Source of the DNA: a virus
Length of the DNA stretch: 49,109 nucleotides
Reading direction: 5' to 3' (one strand)
Virus record (IMG/VR): IMGVR_UViG_3300037780_000133
The position numbers were made by a program, and so were the translations under genes. A model generated the notes under the pieces. It saw only the letters and a list, made by a program, of their open reading frames with translations, ran no database searches and was not told where the DNA came from. Positions 5,437-15,827 of this stretch are shown in pieces; within the stretch, counting starts at the first letter, position 1, and every line of letters begins with the position of its first letter.

Positions 5437-8400
5437 TTATGTGATGTTGTTAGCGTTTTCCCGATGCACGGTCAGTCTCATTCCAGACCAAATATTGGGA
5501 TTGAGGATTGCGACGAAATCTGCCGGCGGCTTCGGACTCGTGCGAGTTGTTGCGAAAAAGATCTGATAAGTGCGATTGACGGGGTTAGCCGGCGTACCGC
5601 CAGGATCATCATCTACCACGCGGAACGTGCCGCCGAATGAACGACTTGTCCCTGTTTCGGCATCGGCCCGCAGCACAGCAACATGACTGCCCTGCGAGAT
5701 GATCTTCGTTCCTTCCACGCGCCGAATGAGCGCAGAAACTGTCAGCTCCGGTGCTTCGGACGACGTATTTGGCGCGCCCTCACCGAAAAACGCTGTGAAC
5801 ATGATCTCCACCGGAGAGCCGTCACAACTCACAGTCGCGAAGGCCTTTTCGCGGTAGATATTGTCGACACCGCAGACCTGATCAGATGCATTCACGTTGA
5901 ACTCTGAATTGGTGTATCCAATTCCGCTCGTGGCGACGATGAAGTTTGCGTAAGCACGATCGGACGCGGCGTCTTCACTCGCGAGATCCCCTTGTCCGAT
6001 AAAGCCGGCTGCGATGTTCACGGCCGTTCGATCGGCATCAAGAGATCCGGTATAAAGCGCACCGCCCGTGTATCGCAGCAATCCGGACGAATTTGCGGTC
6101 GCGACCGGTATCGGTCGGGCCAGATCTCCAGATGCGTCGAGCCCAGCGCCGACTCGCCCATCAACCAGCTCGAGAGGCGTACCAATGATGTTGCCCCAAT
6201 CGACGCTCCCCGTGGTGCCGGCCGCACCATCTGGCACAGCAACGTCGCGGACTTCGTAGGCCGTTCCGATCTCGCCGCGGCGGCCGCGATAGAACATCTG
6301 AACGTCCATGTCGACGCCAGGAGGCACCCCACGAATGGTGAATCGCCCTTTGATGGCGGGTATATTGGTCACCGGCGTGTAGTCAGGCTGTGACGCATCA
6401 GGCAATCGAACGTCGCTGACATCCTTCGCAACAACCCGCGCCTCAATCACCGCTTCCTGGATGGCGATATCGTCATCCGGATCCCACGTGACTTCAATCA
6501 CGGGATTGATCACGCCATTCGAGCCAGTTTCGGTTCCGCCGACCGCGGCGAAGTTATTCGCGAATGGCAGGACGTCAGCGACCGTGATATATGGCGTTTC
6601 CATCACCGGGCTTGTTCGACCCGTCACAGCCACTGTCTGGAACCGATAGACGATGCGCTGACCTACTTGACCTGGAGCATCGATCAATTGGCGAACCTCC
6701 GGCCCGAGCGATGGCAGCTGCTCGAAGACCGACAGCGCGTCGGGATCCGGATCGTCGTCTGGCGCAGCATAAGCCCGCCACACGCGAATTTCGCGCAAAG
6801 GCTGCGGATACCCCTCCGGCACAGTGAAGGTGACCGTAATCTTGAAGTTGCTCGCCTCGGCGCTGACAAAGACCGGCGTGGGCGGGCTCGACCCCAACGG
6901 TAAGACCGGCTCAATCGCATAAGGCGGAATGACGGATCCGGTCTCGTCAAATCGGGCAGGTGCATAGGACTTGAGGCTGAGACGGATCCATTCGTCGCCG
7001 GCATCTTCTGCGGTCTCGAGCAAACCCTCAAACAGGTCAGTGCCAATAGGGCCGATGATATAGTCTGCGCCGGCGACAGGGCCACCAGCTTCCGCGACCG
7101 GTGTGTCGAGCGTTGCCGTTGCACTCAACCCATCGGATCCAGGAATTACGAGCGGCGCAGGATCTGATAGCGTTCCATCGCTGTTGACCCATTTGAGAGC
7201 CAGTCCCGGATAGCTGGGCCCCTGATTGAGTTCCTGATCAAGTTCTACCTCAGTCACCTGACCCGAACTTGTGGTTATGCCCCTAAGAATGCCAGATCCC
7301 TGAACCTGTGTGATCACACGGCTCGCCACGGAAATGCGGCCCATGGGACGAAGCGTATTGTCGAGACTGTCTTTTGGAACCTCTAAATTCGTGGTTTCGC
7401 TCTGCAGCCGCGAGTTTCGGTAGAGCTGCAGGATGGCGCGATGCAGGTCGTCCCAGTCTGTTTTCCCGGGAATCGAAATGCGCTCGAACTTTGTCGCGGT
7501 AGCTTTAGTGAACCCGTCGACGTAGATCGTGACCTCGCGCGTGCGCCAACCATTATTGGCATCGTTGAAGGTGACGATGAAGGCGTGCACTTCTTCCGGA
7601 AATGACTTGGTGGAAGAAATGTTTCGCGCTGTTCCATCTCGGAATACGTGCGATGGGGCTGGGATGGGGCGGTCAACGCCCGCGGTCCAAATGTTGTTGT
7701 ACGAATAAATCCGGCCCTCGCCACCCGAGCTGGCGACCAGGTTGCCCAAATCACCAACTGTCACATTTTGTCTGACGACATAATCGAACTTCAAGCCGCG
7801 ATCGCGCGCATCCTTGGCGGCGGCCGCAAAGCTGGGCCAATCGAAACCATCGTCGGTTACCGCTTCGCGGGCATTGAAGCCGTTGCGCATGATCCACAGC
7901 GATTGCTCCCACGGATTAGAGCTGACTTTGGTGACACTCAAATCAGCGGCGGTGACGCCGCTTAAATCCGCCTGATCGAGAACAGAATCCGGAAACGCGG
8001 GGATCCAGCGACCGACAACCATGTTCAGCTCATCGATTGCGCCGCTCGTTTCGTCCGTACCTTTGAAACGATAAACCTCATAGGCGACATCGTCGCGGTT
8101 TATGACCGGCTCATCGCGCTTGGAGAGAATTGTTTGCCAGACAATATCATCGAATTCACGCGCATCGTTTGAATCTGGACTGATGCGCAGAACCTCGACT
8201 TCGTACGTGCCCTCACTCGGAAAGGAAAATCCGACCTGGCGGAAGAATGGCTGCGCCGGCTTCGCCTCAACAAAGCGGAACGACGCCGATGTGCCAAAGT
8301 TTGGATCTCCGCCAATGCCGCCACCACTCAGTGCCAGCAGGTTTTCGAACCCTCGAAACTCCGGGTAAATCGCGTTCGTTCGAGCTGACGCAAATCGCCA

Positions 8401-9354
8401 ATCTCCGAATGTCTCACTCGGCCCGGGATTAATGACTTCGCGATAGCGGACCTGCACGTTTACCGACTGACTGGTGGGATTGCCTTTCTTGTTCGTGCCG
8501 CCCAAGCCCTGCGGGAATGCGAAAATCAGATCGCAATCAATGACGTCCGAAGCGGTTCGACGAACCTCCGGATCTGACTCGAGCAGAGTGGCGCCGACGC
8601 TCTCTGAGAAGGTTTGCCGGCTCGCCATTGTCGGATGAGGATCCGTTGGAACCAGCCGGCTTTGATAAACGACGCCATCAATATTCGCGAGCGGCGTGTC
8701 TCCGACTTTGCGATCTGTCACCTCAACATCGATGGGTCCGAGTTCTACGACGATGTAATAGTAGGTGTCGTCACCGCGGATTTCCGGGTATGCCCGCGCC
8801 CCCAAGCGAGGCACGATACGGTGGCGCCCCAGCACGGTTTGCACCGGCTGTAGAGGGAAAAGTTGGTTGCGGATGCCCTCTATAAAGTAGACCGGATCAG
8901 GCTGCTCTCCGAACTCGAAGCTGGGCGGCGGCACAATTGAGTTGATCGCCAACTGCCCGACCGTCGTCACGACAGCAGTTGTCAGGTAAGAAATGGCCGC
9001 AAACGCTTTCGTTCCTTCTGCTGCAAAAATCGCGGCCACCTCGGGGCCCAGATAGAACGCAGCTACAATGACCGCGATCGTCAGGACGGTTCGCAGAAGC
9101 TTATTACCATCATCACCACCACGCGGCAGCACAACGATCTGAACATGATCGCGCCCTGGCGTCTCCGCCCATAGCTCAGCGTCGATTGCTTCGCCATTGA
9201 TACTGGCTTCTGCATGATCAAGCGCGATCTGCTCAAAGCCGGCCATATCTACCAGCTCAGAGATTGGCGTGCCGGCCTCTGCCTGGATCAATCGCGGCGG
9301 CCGGTCGGAAAATGGATCGTCTTTGACGACGACGATTAACTCATCGTGGGACAT
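5437..9354 (-). CDS. Host-specificity / central tail-tip protein (gpJ- or GTA g15-like)
   Basis: A 1305-aa protein that is the last large gene of the tail module, following an NlpC/P60 gene. Confidence 0.75.
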   Translation of the reverse strand: MSHDELIVVVKDDPFSDRPPRLIQAEAGTPISELVDMAGFEQIALDHAEASINGEAIDAELWAETPGRDHVQIVVLPRGGDDGNKLLRTVLTIAVIVAAFYLGPEVAAIFAAEGTKAFAAISYLTTAVVTTVGQLAINSIVPPPSFEFGEQPDPVYFIEGIRNQLFPLQPVQTVLGRHRIVPRLGARAYPEIRGDDTYYYIVVELGPIDVEVTDRKVGDTPLANIDGVVYQSRLVPTDPHPTMASRQTFSESVGATLLESDPEVRRTASDVIDCDLIFAFPQGLGGTNKKGNPTSQSVNVQVRYREVINPGPSETFGDWRFASARTNAIYPEFRGFENLLALSGGGIGGDPNFGTSASFRFVEAKPAQPFFRQVGFSFPSEGTYEVEVLRISPDSNDAREFDDIVWQTILSKRDEPVINRDDVAYEVYRFKGTDETSGAIDELNMVVGRWIPAFPDSVLDQADLSGVTAADLSVTKVSSNPWEQSLWIMRNGFNAREAVTDDGFDWPSFAAAAKDARDRGLKFDYVVRQNVTVGDLGNLVASSGGEGRIYSYNNIWTAGVDRPIPAPSHVFRDGTARNISSTKSFPEEVHAFIVTFNDANNGWRTREVTIYVDGFTKATATKFERISIPGKTDWDDLHRAILQLYRNSRLQSETTNLEVPKDSLDNTLRPMGRISVASRVITQVQGSGILRGITTSSGQVTEVELDQELNQGPSYPGLALKWVNSDGTLSDPAPLVIPGSDGLSATATLDTPVAEAGGPVAGADYIIGPIGTDLFEGLLETAEDAGDEWIRLSLKSYAPARFDETGSVIPPYAIEPVLPLGSSPPTPVFVSAEASNFKITVTFTVPEGYPQPLREIRVWRAYAAPDDDPDPDALSVFEQLPSLGPEVRQLIDAPGQVGQRIVYRFQTVAVTGRTSPVMETPYITVADVLPFANNFAAVGGTETGSNGVINPVIEVTWDPDDDIAIQEAVIEARVVAKDVSDVRLPDASQPDYTPVTNIPAIKGRFTIRGVPPGVDMDVQMFYRGRRGEIGTAYEVRDVAVPDGAAGTTGSVDWGNIIGTPLELVDGRVGAGLDASGDLARPIPVATANSSGLLRYTGGALYTGSLDADRTAVNIAAGFIGQGDLASEDAASDRAYANFIVATSGIGYTNSEFNVNASDQVCGVDNIYREKAFATVSCDGSPVEIMFTAFFGEGAPNTSSEAPELTVSALIRRVEGTKIISQGSHVAVLRADAETGTSRSFGGTFRVVDDDPGGTPANPVNRTYQIFFATTRTSPKPPADFVAILNPNIWSGMRLTVHRENANNIT

Positions 9355-9745
9355 AGAAACCTGCGAGATTGAAGTGATAGTCTGTTCCGGGACCGAACTC
9401 GGCGAGCGTCGTTGCGGTCGTGGTGTTCACGTGCACCATGAGGTTTGGCGCCATCCAGAGCCCGACATGAACCGGAACTTGGTCCACTCGGAACAGCACG
9501 GCAGCACCAAGCTGCGGCACTTCGATTTCTTTGAACTTCCTAAACCCCCGCGAGAAATTCCGGAGCATGGTCATGCCCGGCTGCTCGGCAGTGTGACTGC
9601 GATAGGTTGGTTCGAACGCTCGATGCCAGCCGGCGACGCTTTGACCATCCAGGAGAAGCTGAAAGCAGTCCCAGTCTTGTTTCTCGTAAGGCCGACCCAG
9701 AACGCCGTTGCACCACGCCCAAAGCGCGTCTTTGATTTCGGTCAA
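9341..9745 (-). CDS. NlpC/P60-family tail-associated peptidase
   Basis: Size about 134 aa. DCFQLL (Cys) and HVGLW (His) motifs. The position is equivalent to gpK or GTA g14. Confidence 0.6.
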   Translation of the reverse strand: MTEIKDALWAWCNGVLGRPYEKQDWDCFQLLLDGQSVAGWHRAFEPTYRSHTAEQPGMTMLRNFSRGFRKFKEIEVPQLGAAVLFRVDQVPVHVGLWMAPNLMVHVNTTTATTLAEFGPGTDYHFNLAGFYVPR

Positions 9746-10215
9746 CCGAATGCACCCGGAAAATCAGCGGCATTGATTGTGATGCCCATGAACCGCCCTT
9801 CGGTAGGCGGTGGACCAAAACTTCCGGTGAGAAATCGAGCATCAGTTTCGAACAGTTTTAACTCGAGGCGCGTCCACTGATTTCGAACTGTATCAGGATC
9901 GTGAGCATAAACCTGCTCCAGTACCAAAGTCGCCTTTCCTGTGAGCGCTTTGACCACGTCTTTCACGCGCTCATCTACGTTGTCGATAGCCAGCTGAAGG
10001 ATCCCGCGGCGATCGCCGGCACGCGGCGGTTTTACCCGCAGGAAACCAGGCGCAAACACATCACCGCGCGAAGTGAAATTATGCCGCCAGTTCGCAACAC
10101 GCAGCTTTCCGTCAAGCGTCACGCCGTCCACGAAACCGGTGAGCGCGGCAATGTCCGGATGTTCGAGCGTGGCGAGAAACACATCGATATGAGTAGCTCC
10201 GCGAGCGGTGGTCAT
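9742..10215 (-). CDS. Minor tail protein, DUF1833-like
   Basis: About 157 aa, with motifs LEHPDI ... LQLAIDNVDERV. The gene has an ATGA-type overlap at each end. Confidence 0.5.
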   Translation of the reverse strand: MTTARGATHIDVFLATLEHPDIAALTGFVDGVTLDGKLRVANWRHNFTSRGDVFAPGFLRVKPPRAGDRRGILQLAIDNVDERVKDVVKALTGKATLVLEQVYAHDPDTVRNQWTRLELKLFETDARFLTGSFGPPPTEGRFMGITINAADFPGAFG

Positions 10216-10973
10216 GGGCGCGCCTCCAGATAACGCTCAAACCCGACACGCCAGTTTTCGCCAGCTCCGGATCCTCCAACGGTGTAACTGGACGTGAAGC
10301 AGCCTGTGTGCGTGCCGCCCGGGACTGGAAACAGAATATCCCGAACGCCCAATGCCGCCGTATCCTCAAACCACGTCTCGAACGTTTCGAGTTCTACCGG
10401 ACTCAATGTGAGGCTGACCCGCTCTCTCCCGCCTTCCAGCCTCGATACCAATACGCCTCCCGGTGAATTTCGGTCATCCGGACGCGCAACCTGGCTGACT
10501 GCCGACCGCTCATAGTCAGACGTTCTCGGACAACCAGGGACGCTCGCTGGCCAGGTTGCAGGTTGCGCCTTATGCAACGCCGCTAACGACGAAAGCGTAC
10601 CGGCACTTGGCGCCGGTGGGTCGGAACGCAATTCAAGCCTCACGCGTCGTCCGGTGCCAGACGACGCACGAACAACTGGCGCTCCGCGAAATCGTGCGGA
10701 GACAACGCGAGCGACAGGGTGATCAAACAGCGTCAGATCAAATGCATCGCGGCCAAGATTGAGGTCATCTTGCCGCCAGTTCTCAAACGCGGCGTAAGCG
10801 GTTTCTGTCAAAATCAGTTCGCCGACGATGTTTTGGGCACGGCTCGCCGCCCAGAGATTTCTGAGGGGCGGGCCAACCGCTACTTCGGAGCGCCGAATGA
10901 CGTCTTCCGGAGCGCGCTGATAGGTGTCTTTTACGAATGCGTTGGGTACGCCCGCCGGCCACGCAATAGCCAT
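10212..10973 (-). CDS. Minor or distal tail protein
   Basis: It lies immediately downstream of the tape measure gene and overlaps the genes on both sides. Confidence 0.5.
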   Translation of the reverse strand: MAIAWPAGVPNAFVKDTYQRAPEDVIRRSEVAVGPPLRNLWAASRAQNIVGELILTETAYAAFENWRQDDLNLGRDAFDLTLFDHPVARVVSARFRGAPVVRASSGTGRRVRLELRSDPPAPSAGTLSSLAALHKAQPATWPASVPGCPRTSDYERSAVSQVARPDDRNSPGGVLVSRLEGGRERVSLTLSPVELETFETWFEDTAALGVRDILFPVPGGTHTGCFTSSYTVGGSGAGENWRVGFERYLEARP

Positions 10974-13651
10974 TACCCGACCGACTGGCGGACAAACCCG
11001 CGCCGCTCCAAGAGATCATCCAGGCCACCACTCGAGGCCACGCCGCGAACGCCATCCCTCATGAACACATCAATATCCAGCTGATTATCACCAGACTGGC
11101 TCGCCGAAACTTCGGCGTCGCGATCGCCGCCCTCCTGCCGAATGTTCAGATTGATGGCCAGAGGAATAGGGCCAGCCCGCATATGAGCATTCGGTTGATT
11201 GCGCAGATTACTCGCTGCGCGTACATAATCGATGATCTGGGCGCGATGGTTGTCATTGATGATTTCCTGCCCATCCTCAACAACGACCATTTTTTCGTTG
11301 CTCATCATGGGTTGTCGCATGCTACGCAGGGTGGGGAAGTTAGGAGCGCGACTGCCACTGTGAGATTGTGGCACGATTGGAGGTGTTCCCGAGGGATTGA
11401 GGCCCCCGTTTCCGGATCCGCCAAAACCACCCAACACGTTTCCAACGAGCCCCTGCAAAAAGCCCCCGAAACCTTGACCGTTTCCGATCTGCGCCTGCGC
11501 GATCGCTGCCTGCCTGATCATATCGACGACAAGCGCGCCAATCGCCCGCTTAAGATCGCCAACAGTTTTGATCCGGCCGGTCATCACACCGTCCAGGACG
11601 GTCTCCGCCCGCTCCAGAAGGGAGACTTGCCCCCGAGCCTCGCGCAATTGCCGCGTGTAGAGCTTCAGAAACTCGGTCGCTTCATCACGGGTTAGATTGC
11701 CAGCCGCGACGAGCGCATCCAACCGCTTCTGCTCAGCAGCAACCAAATCTTGTTCCGATGCCGCCGCTTGCCGAGCCGTCGCGAGTTTCTTTCGAATCTC
11801 AGCGGCCGCTTTGAATTCATCGGTCGCTTCGGCTTCAGCCTGTTTGGCGAGCCCCAAGGCGTCGGACAAGGCCTTGAGGGCATCGGTGTAGAGCTTTGTC
11901 GCTTCAGTCCCTTCGCCAAGCGCTCCGCTCGCCAGGTCATCGTTCAACTCGGCAATGGTCTTTTGAAGCGTTTCGACTTCAGTGTCGGCACCATCGACGA
12001 CTTTGGTCCATCGTTCCGTCGCCGCTGTGACGCCTGTGAGTTTGTCGCGATAAGATTGCAGCGCCTGATCGAACTGCTCTTGTGTTATGTGGCCCTTTTC
12101 CCGGAGTTTGGTCAGCTCGCTCTCTTTGAGCTGCAAGGCGAGCGTAGCATCGCCAAGCTCCTGCAAAAGAGTTGCAGCTTGACGCACCAAAGTTAGCCGC
12201 TCACGCCGATCCTTATCAGCCTGGGTTTGTTCGTCCTTAAGACGCTGTTCGGCCTCGAGCATTTCCCGTGTGGCTGCCGCTCCGGCTTCGCGTGCTTTTG
12301 CTTCTTCGATCAGCGACTCGATGATGTCGGCACGGCGCTGTCGTTCATCATTGTCTGTGCCCAGCAATGGTTCGCCTTGAAACAACACTGCCCCATCTTC
12401 AACGGCCGCGATTTCCTGCCTGGTTCGTTCGAGTTCAGTCCCCAGTTGCTCTGCCGACAGCCCCGCAAGTTCACGCCGGGTTTCCTGAATGAACGCGCTA
12501 GCAGCTCGCTGTGTTTCAGTCGCAGCGATTTCGTTGAATTCGCGAATGAGGCGCCGCATCTCACGGCGGCTTACGTGGTTAAACCTGTTCGGCAGATCAG
12601 ACTCCGAAATCTGATTTCCGCCTATCCCCGCACCTATGAACGCTGATTGGCTAAACCCACCCTCGATGAGTCGGGATTGGATGTTGGAAATACGCTCGAG
12701 ATTGAAACGTGACGAACGATCTTCGACCTCCCGCATCGCTTCGGCGACGTTAGCAACCTCGCGAGCAACCCTCGCGAACATCTTTGCCGCTTCGTTTCCC
12801 AATGGCGCCAGGTCGATAAACGCCTGCTTCAGCTGTAGGTCGATAACCTGGCTCGTGACATCCATTTCGACCTGCAGCGCCTGGCTTCGACGAATTAGCT
12901 CTTCATCTAAGACCAGACCCAGGTCTCGGCCCTTGGCGACCAATTCATCAATACTACCCCCTGTAGAGAGCAGCACTTTTGAAACCTGCACACCAGCCTC
13001 ACCAAATGCGGCATACGCAATTCGGTTTCGATCGGTTTGCGTTTCAGCGTCTGCGAGCGCTTGCGAGACAGCACGAAGGCGGTCTTCATTATTGTCGAGC
13101 GCCTCCAATTGTTTGAGCAGTTCTGGATTGGTGTCCTTCAGCCGAGTGAACAGTTCACCTTGCCCCTGTACGATTTGAGATTGTCGCTCTTCGAGCGCCC
13201 GCATCCCGGTTTCAAGGACAGAAAATGAGATGCCCTGAGCGTCGGACTCTGCCCGAAGCGCCTGGAATGTCTCCACGGTAATGCCCAACACATCTGCTTG
13301 TTTGCCGATCTCAGCGAATGTGTTGACCGCTTCAGTACCAACTCGAACTGCGGCACCTAAGCCAAGCACCAGTCCACCAATGGCCGCGCCCGCGGCGATC
13401 CCTGCAGGTCCCAATGACTTCAAGATCCCGCCGAGAGGTCCGGCACTATCAGCCAAATCTTCCATGCCATCTCGAGCTTTACTTGTCGTTTGGTCGAGCG
13501 CCTGGAGTGCACGATTGGCCTTTTTTGTTTGCCGGTCGAGGATCTTGGCCATGCGCTCGCCATCTTCACCGATATTTTGGAGCGCTTTTCGAATGACTTC
13601 GCGCTCTTTGACACTCAGCCGAAGGCTAACTTCCTGGTCTCGACGTGGCAC
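10973..13651 (-). CDS. Tape measure protein
   Basis: An 892-aa protein that is long, helical and Ala/Glu/Leu-rich with a Gly-rich segment. It sits in the canonical position after the G/GT chaperones. Confidence 0.85.
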   Translation of the reverse strand: MPRRDQEVSLRLSVKEREVIRKALQNIGEDGERMAKILDRQTKKANRALQALDQTTSKARDGMEDLADSAGPLGGILKSLGPAGIAAGAAIGGLVLGLGAAVRVGTEAVNTFAEIGKQADVLGITVETFQALRAESDAQGISFSVLETGMRALEERQSQIVQGQGELFTRLKDTNPELLKQLEALDNNEDRLRAVSQALADAETQTDRNRIAYAAFGEAGVQVSKVLLSTGGSIDELVAKGRDLGLVLDEELIRRSQALQVEMDVTSQVIDLQLKQAFIDLAPLGNEAAKMFARVAREVANVAEAMREVEDRSSRFNLERISNIQSRLIEGGFSQSAFIGAGIGGNQISESDLPNRFNHVSRREMRRLIREFNEIAATETQRAASAFIQETRRELAGLSAEQLGTELERTRQEIAAVEDGAVLFQGEPLLGTDNDERQRRADIIESLIEEAKAREAGAAATREMLEAEQRLKDEQTQADKDRRERLTLVRQAATLLQELGDATLALQLKESELTKLREKGHITQEQFDQALQSYRDKLTGVTAATERWTKVVDGADTEVETLQKTIAELNDDLASGALGEGTEATKLYTDALKALSDALGLAKQAEAEATDEFKAAAEIRKKLATARQAAASEQDLVAAEQKRLDALVAAGNLTRDEATEFLKLYTRQLREARGQVSLLERAETVLDGVMTGRIKTVGDLKRAIGALVVDMIRQAAIAQAQIGNGQGFGGFLQGLVGNVLGGFGGSGNGGLNPSGTPPIVPQSHSGSRAPNFPTLRSMRQPMMSNEKMVVVEDGQEIINDNHRAQIIDYVRAASNLRNQPNAHMRAGPIPLAINLNIRQEGGDRDAEVSASQSGDNQLDIDVFMRDGVRGVASSGGLDDLLERRGFVRQSVG

Positions 13652-14558
13652 TATGAACCCTCCTGCGATTTTTGGGCACGCATGCGCGCTTCGACCTCCA
13701 ACCGCGCAGCCTCGATAGCCTGCAGGCAGATGATCAAATATTGTTGGTTGATGTCTGGATGCTGCGAGAGTGCGAGGTTCAGAGCCTCATCGATGCGCAA
13801 CCCTTGTGTGATGAGCAGGGACTGAGAGATCCCAGCAACCGCCATCTGCGTCCAAAGCGCCGGCTGATTGGCCAGCGTCCAAGCCAAGGCACCTTCGCGA
13901 GTTGTTGGTGAGTTAGCGCGCATCGGGCACACAAACCCGTTATCGCGCGGAAATCCTTCTGCGCACGGATCGCCCACCTCGCGGCAGGCGCGACACTCAA
14001 TTAGGCCGTCGCCCCATTGCCACTCGGCGCGACGGCTTAAGGCTTTCCCTCAATGCGAGCCTCGCGCACGGATTTCAGCGCTAAGGCCATGAACGTGTCC
14101 GCGAAAGTCGATCCGGCGCTCGCCATGGTGGCGAACGGCTGCGCGCCGGGCCGACGTGATTGCAATACGAGGGCGATATTTCTGCGCGACCATTCCGGTT
14201 TTTCGCCGTCCACGCCCTCAACGCCGCGCATCTCACTACCGCACAGCCACGCCAATTCGACCGCGTAGACTTGAAATCCAACGCCCGAGAAAAGCGGCAC
14301 GTTGCCCTCAACGATTGCCTCTGCCCAATCGACATTGTCGTATCCATAGTCTTTTGCATCGACCGCGGATGTCGACATCTTCGCAATCGCGGCGCGTGCA
14401 CTCGTTTCGGCCATAGCCTCATCTAATCCCGTCGCCTGGCGCATTTTGAACGCGACGCACGGCGGCGCATCGTCGGGCGGCATCTCTCCAGTGTACGACT
14501 CGAGATTGTGCCAGGTCATCTCCTGGCTTTTGCCAATTTGCAGCATGTATTCCTCCAA
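13651..14558 (-). CDS. Tail assembly chaperone, gpGT-like -1 frameshift fusion product
   Basis: The -1 frame is open from the slip site (14043-14049) through 13651, and it ends overlapping the tape measure ATG. Confidence 0.6.
14037..14558 (-). CDS. Tail assembly chaperone, gpG-like
   Basis: It lies between the major tail and tape measure genes, has a GGAGG ribosome-binding site, and ends at a GGGAAAG slippery site. Confidence 0.65.
   Translation of the reverse strand: MEEYMLQIGKSQEMTWHNLESYTGEMPPDDAPPCVAFKMRQATGLDEAMAETSARAAIAKMSTSAVDAKDYGYDNVDWAEAIVEGNVPLFSGVGFQVYAVELAWLCGSEMRGVEGVDGEKPEWSRRNIALVLQSRRPGAQPFATMASAGSTFADTFMALALKSVREARIEGKP
14043..14049 (-). promoter_or_regulatory. Programmed -1 ribosomal frameshift heptamer G GGA AAG
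   Basis: The minus strand reads GAG GGA AAG CCT TAA. The heptamer is identical to the lambda G/GT slippery sequence, and the -1 frame is open downstream. Confidence 0.7.
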
Positions 14559-14562
14559 ATCG

Positions 14563-14599
14563 GAGCGGGGCAGCCCTTATGTTAAGGCCGTCCCCGCTC
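14563..14599 (-). terminator. Long GC-rich hairpin after the major tail gene, with no clear U-tract
   Basis: GAGCGGGG (14563-70) pairs with CCCCGCTC (14592-99). Confidence 0.4.
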
Positions 14600-14605
14600 G
14601 CGAAC

Positions 14606-15598
14606 TTAGGCTTCCTGGTTGATCAGAGTGAACGTCGCAGCGGGGTTTCCGCCATCCTGGAACGCTTCGAACGGAGCCGAGAACGTCTGGCGTTCTGAGC
14701 CACCAATAATTGGAGATCGTCGTTCGCCTTTGCAGAACGGCATGCTGACCTCCAGCGATGCATTGGCATCGATTGGGAAGTTAAGCGTCGCCGCAAAGCT
14801 CGGACCCTGCGCCCCTTTGAAGAGATCCAGAATATCGTTGACACCAACGCCGCTCACGACACGCATCGTCATATCCGTGCGGATCTGCGTATCGCCAGGT
14901 TCGAGGCCAAGTGCACGGTTGGTACCGTCCGCGAGATTGATCAGTTCGGCCTGATTAGAGAAATTGAACGTCCCATCAATCAGCTGAGCGACAACGGTGC
15001 CATCGATCGACATGGTTCCGACCTCACCTGGCACTTTTCGGTGCGTGTACGATCGGGGGCTCGCCGCGCCGGCAAATGTCGGTTCTGACGTCACGGTTTC
15101 GACGTCTGACGTCAGGAACCCGAGATCCATCGTTCGGAAACCGTCTTGCTTACCAACGTTGAAGCTGAGCGTGTTCAGGTAAGATGGGTGGATCAGCTTC
15201 CACTTGTCATCAGTCACAGGCAGCGAAAATGCCGACAGCACCTGAGTGTCCAGACCAGACACAAATGTTCGGGTCCATTTGCTTGGTGACACACCGGCGT
15301 CTTCAACTTCCGATGTCGCCGCTCCGCACAACATGGGCATGAAATAGCTGAGCATCGCGACGTCCATCGGCACGTTCATTGAGCCGGACGATTGCCGCAG
15401 ACCAGGCGACGGGTCGGTTTTATCCCGGCCGTTCGCCGCTCCATGGCAGATCACCTGATCATTGATGAAGCCATCTTGAGAGTCGAACCCCTCGCTGTAG
15501 TAGCAAAGCTGATGCGGGTTATCGGTCGGCAGAGTGGTGATATCGGTCGCGACCGCGCCTGTAATTGGCGACAGGCGACCTTTGCGAGAGGATGCCAT
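14606..15598 (-). CDS. Major tail protein (candidate)
   Basis: A 330-aa protein with an AAGGAG ribosome-binding site, directly upstream of the chaperone pair and followed by a stable hairpin. Confidence 0.55.
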   Translation of the reverse strand: MASSRKGRLSPITGAVATDITTLPTDNPHQLCYYSEGFDSQDGFINDQVICHGAANGRDKTDPSPGLRQSSGSMNVPMDVAMLSYFMPMLCGAATSEVEDAGVSPSKWTRTFVSGLDTQVLSAFSLPVTDDKWKLIHPSYLNTLSFNVGKQDGFRTMDLGFLTSDVETVTSEPTFAGAASPRSYTHRKVPGEVGTMSIDGTVVAQLIDGTFNFSNQAELINLADGTNRALGLEPGDTQIRTDMTMRVVSGVGVNDILDLFKGAQGPSFAATLNFPIDANASLEVSMPFCKGERRSPIIGGSERQTFSAPFEAFQDGGNPAATFTLINQEA

Positions 15599-15609
15599 CG
15601 GCGATCTCC

Positions 15610-15822
15610 TTAGTCTTGAATGTGAGGAATGCTGCCGCCAGCCAGGCCGATCATTCGCTGAGTTGCATCCTCAGCGTGATCGTCATCCTTAAGCTGCTTA
15701 GCTTTCTTGGAGCTGGCGGTAACGACGCGTCCGGCGACGATGCCGTTGGTAGGCACCTTAAGTCGCAGGAACACGAGCTCTTGGGGTCTAGCCTCCCCTT
15801 TAGGCTTCTTCTTCGCCGGCAT
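15610..15822 (-). CDS. Hypothetical basic small protein
   Basis: A short ORF tightly packed between structural genes. Confidence 0.4.
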   Translation of the reverse strand: MPAKKKPKGEARPQELVFLRLKVPTNGIVAGRVVTASSKKAKQLKDDDHAEDATQRMIGLAGGSIPHIQD

Positions 15823-15827
15823 GGCGA

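Noticed and set aside
9699-9710. Additional partial matches to the palindrome: AGAACGCCGTTG at 9699-9710, CGAACGCCGTGC at 46952-46963, CCGAACGGCGAAC at 35325-35337, and the half-site CCGAACG at 1601-1607
   Set aside because: They are mismatched or half-sites only, they lie inside coding regions, and they occur at frequencies compatible with chance in a GC-rich genome.
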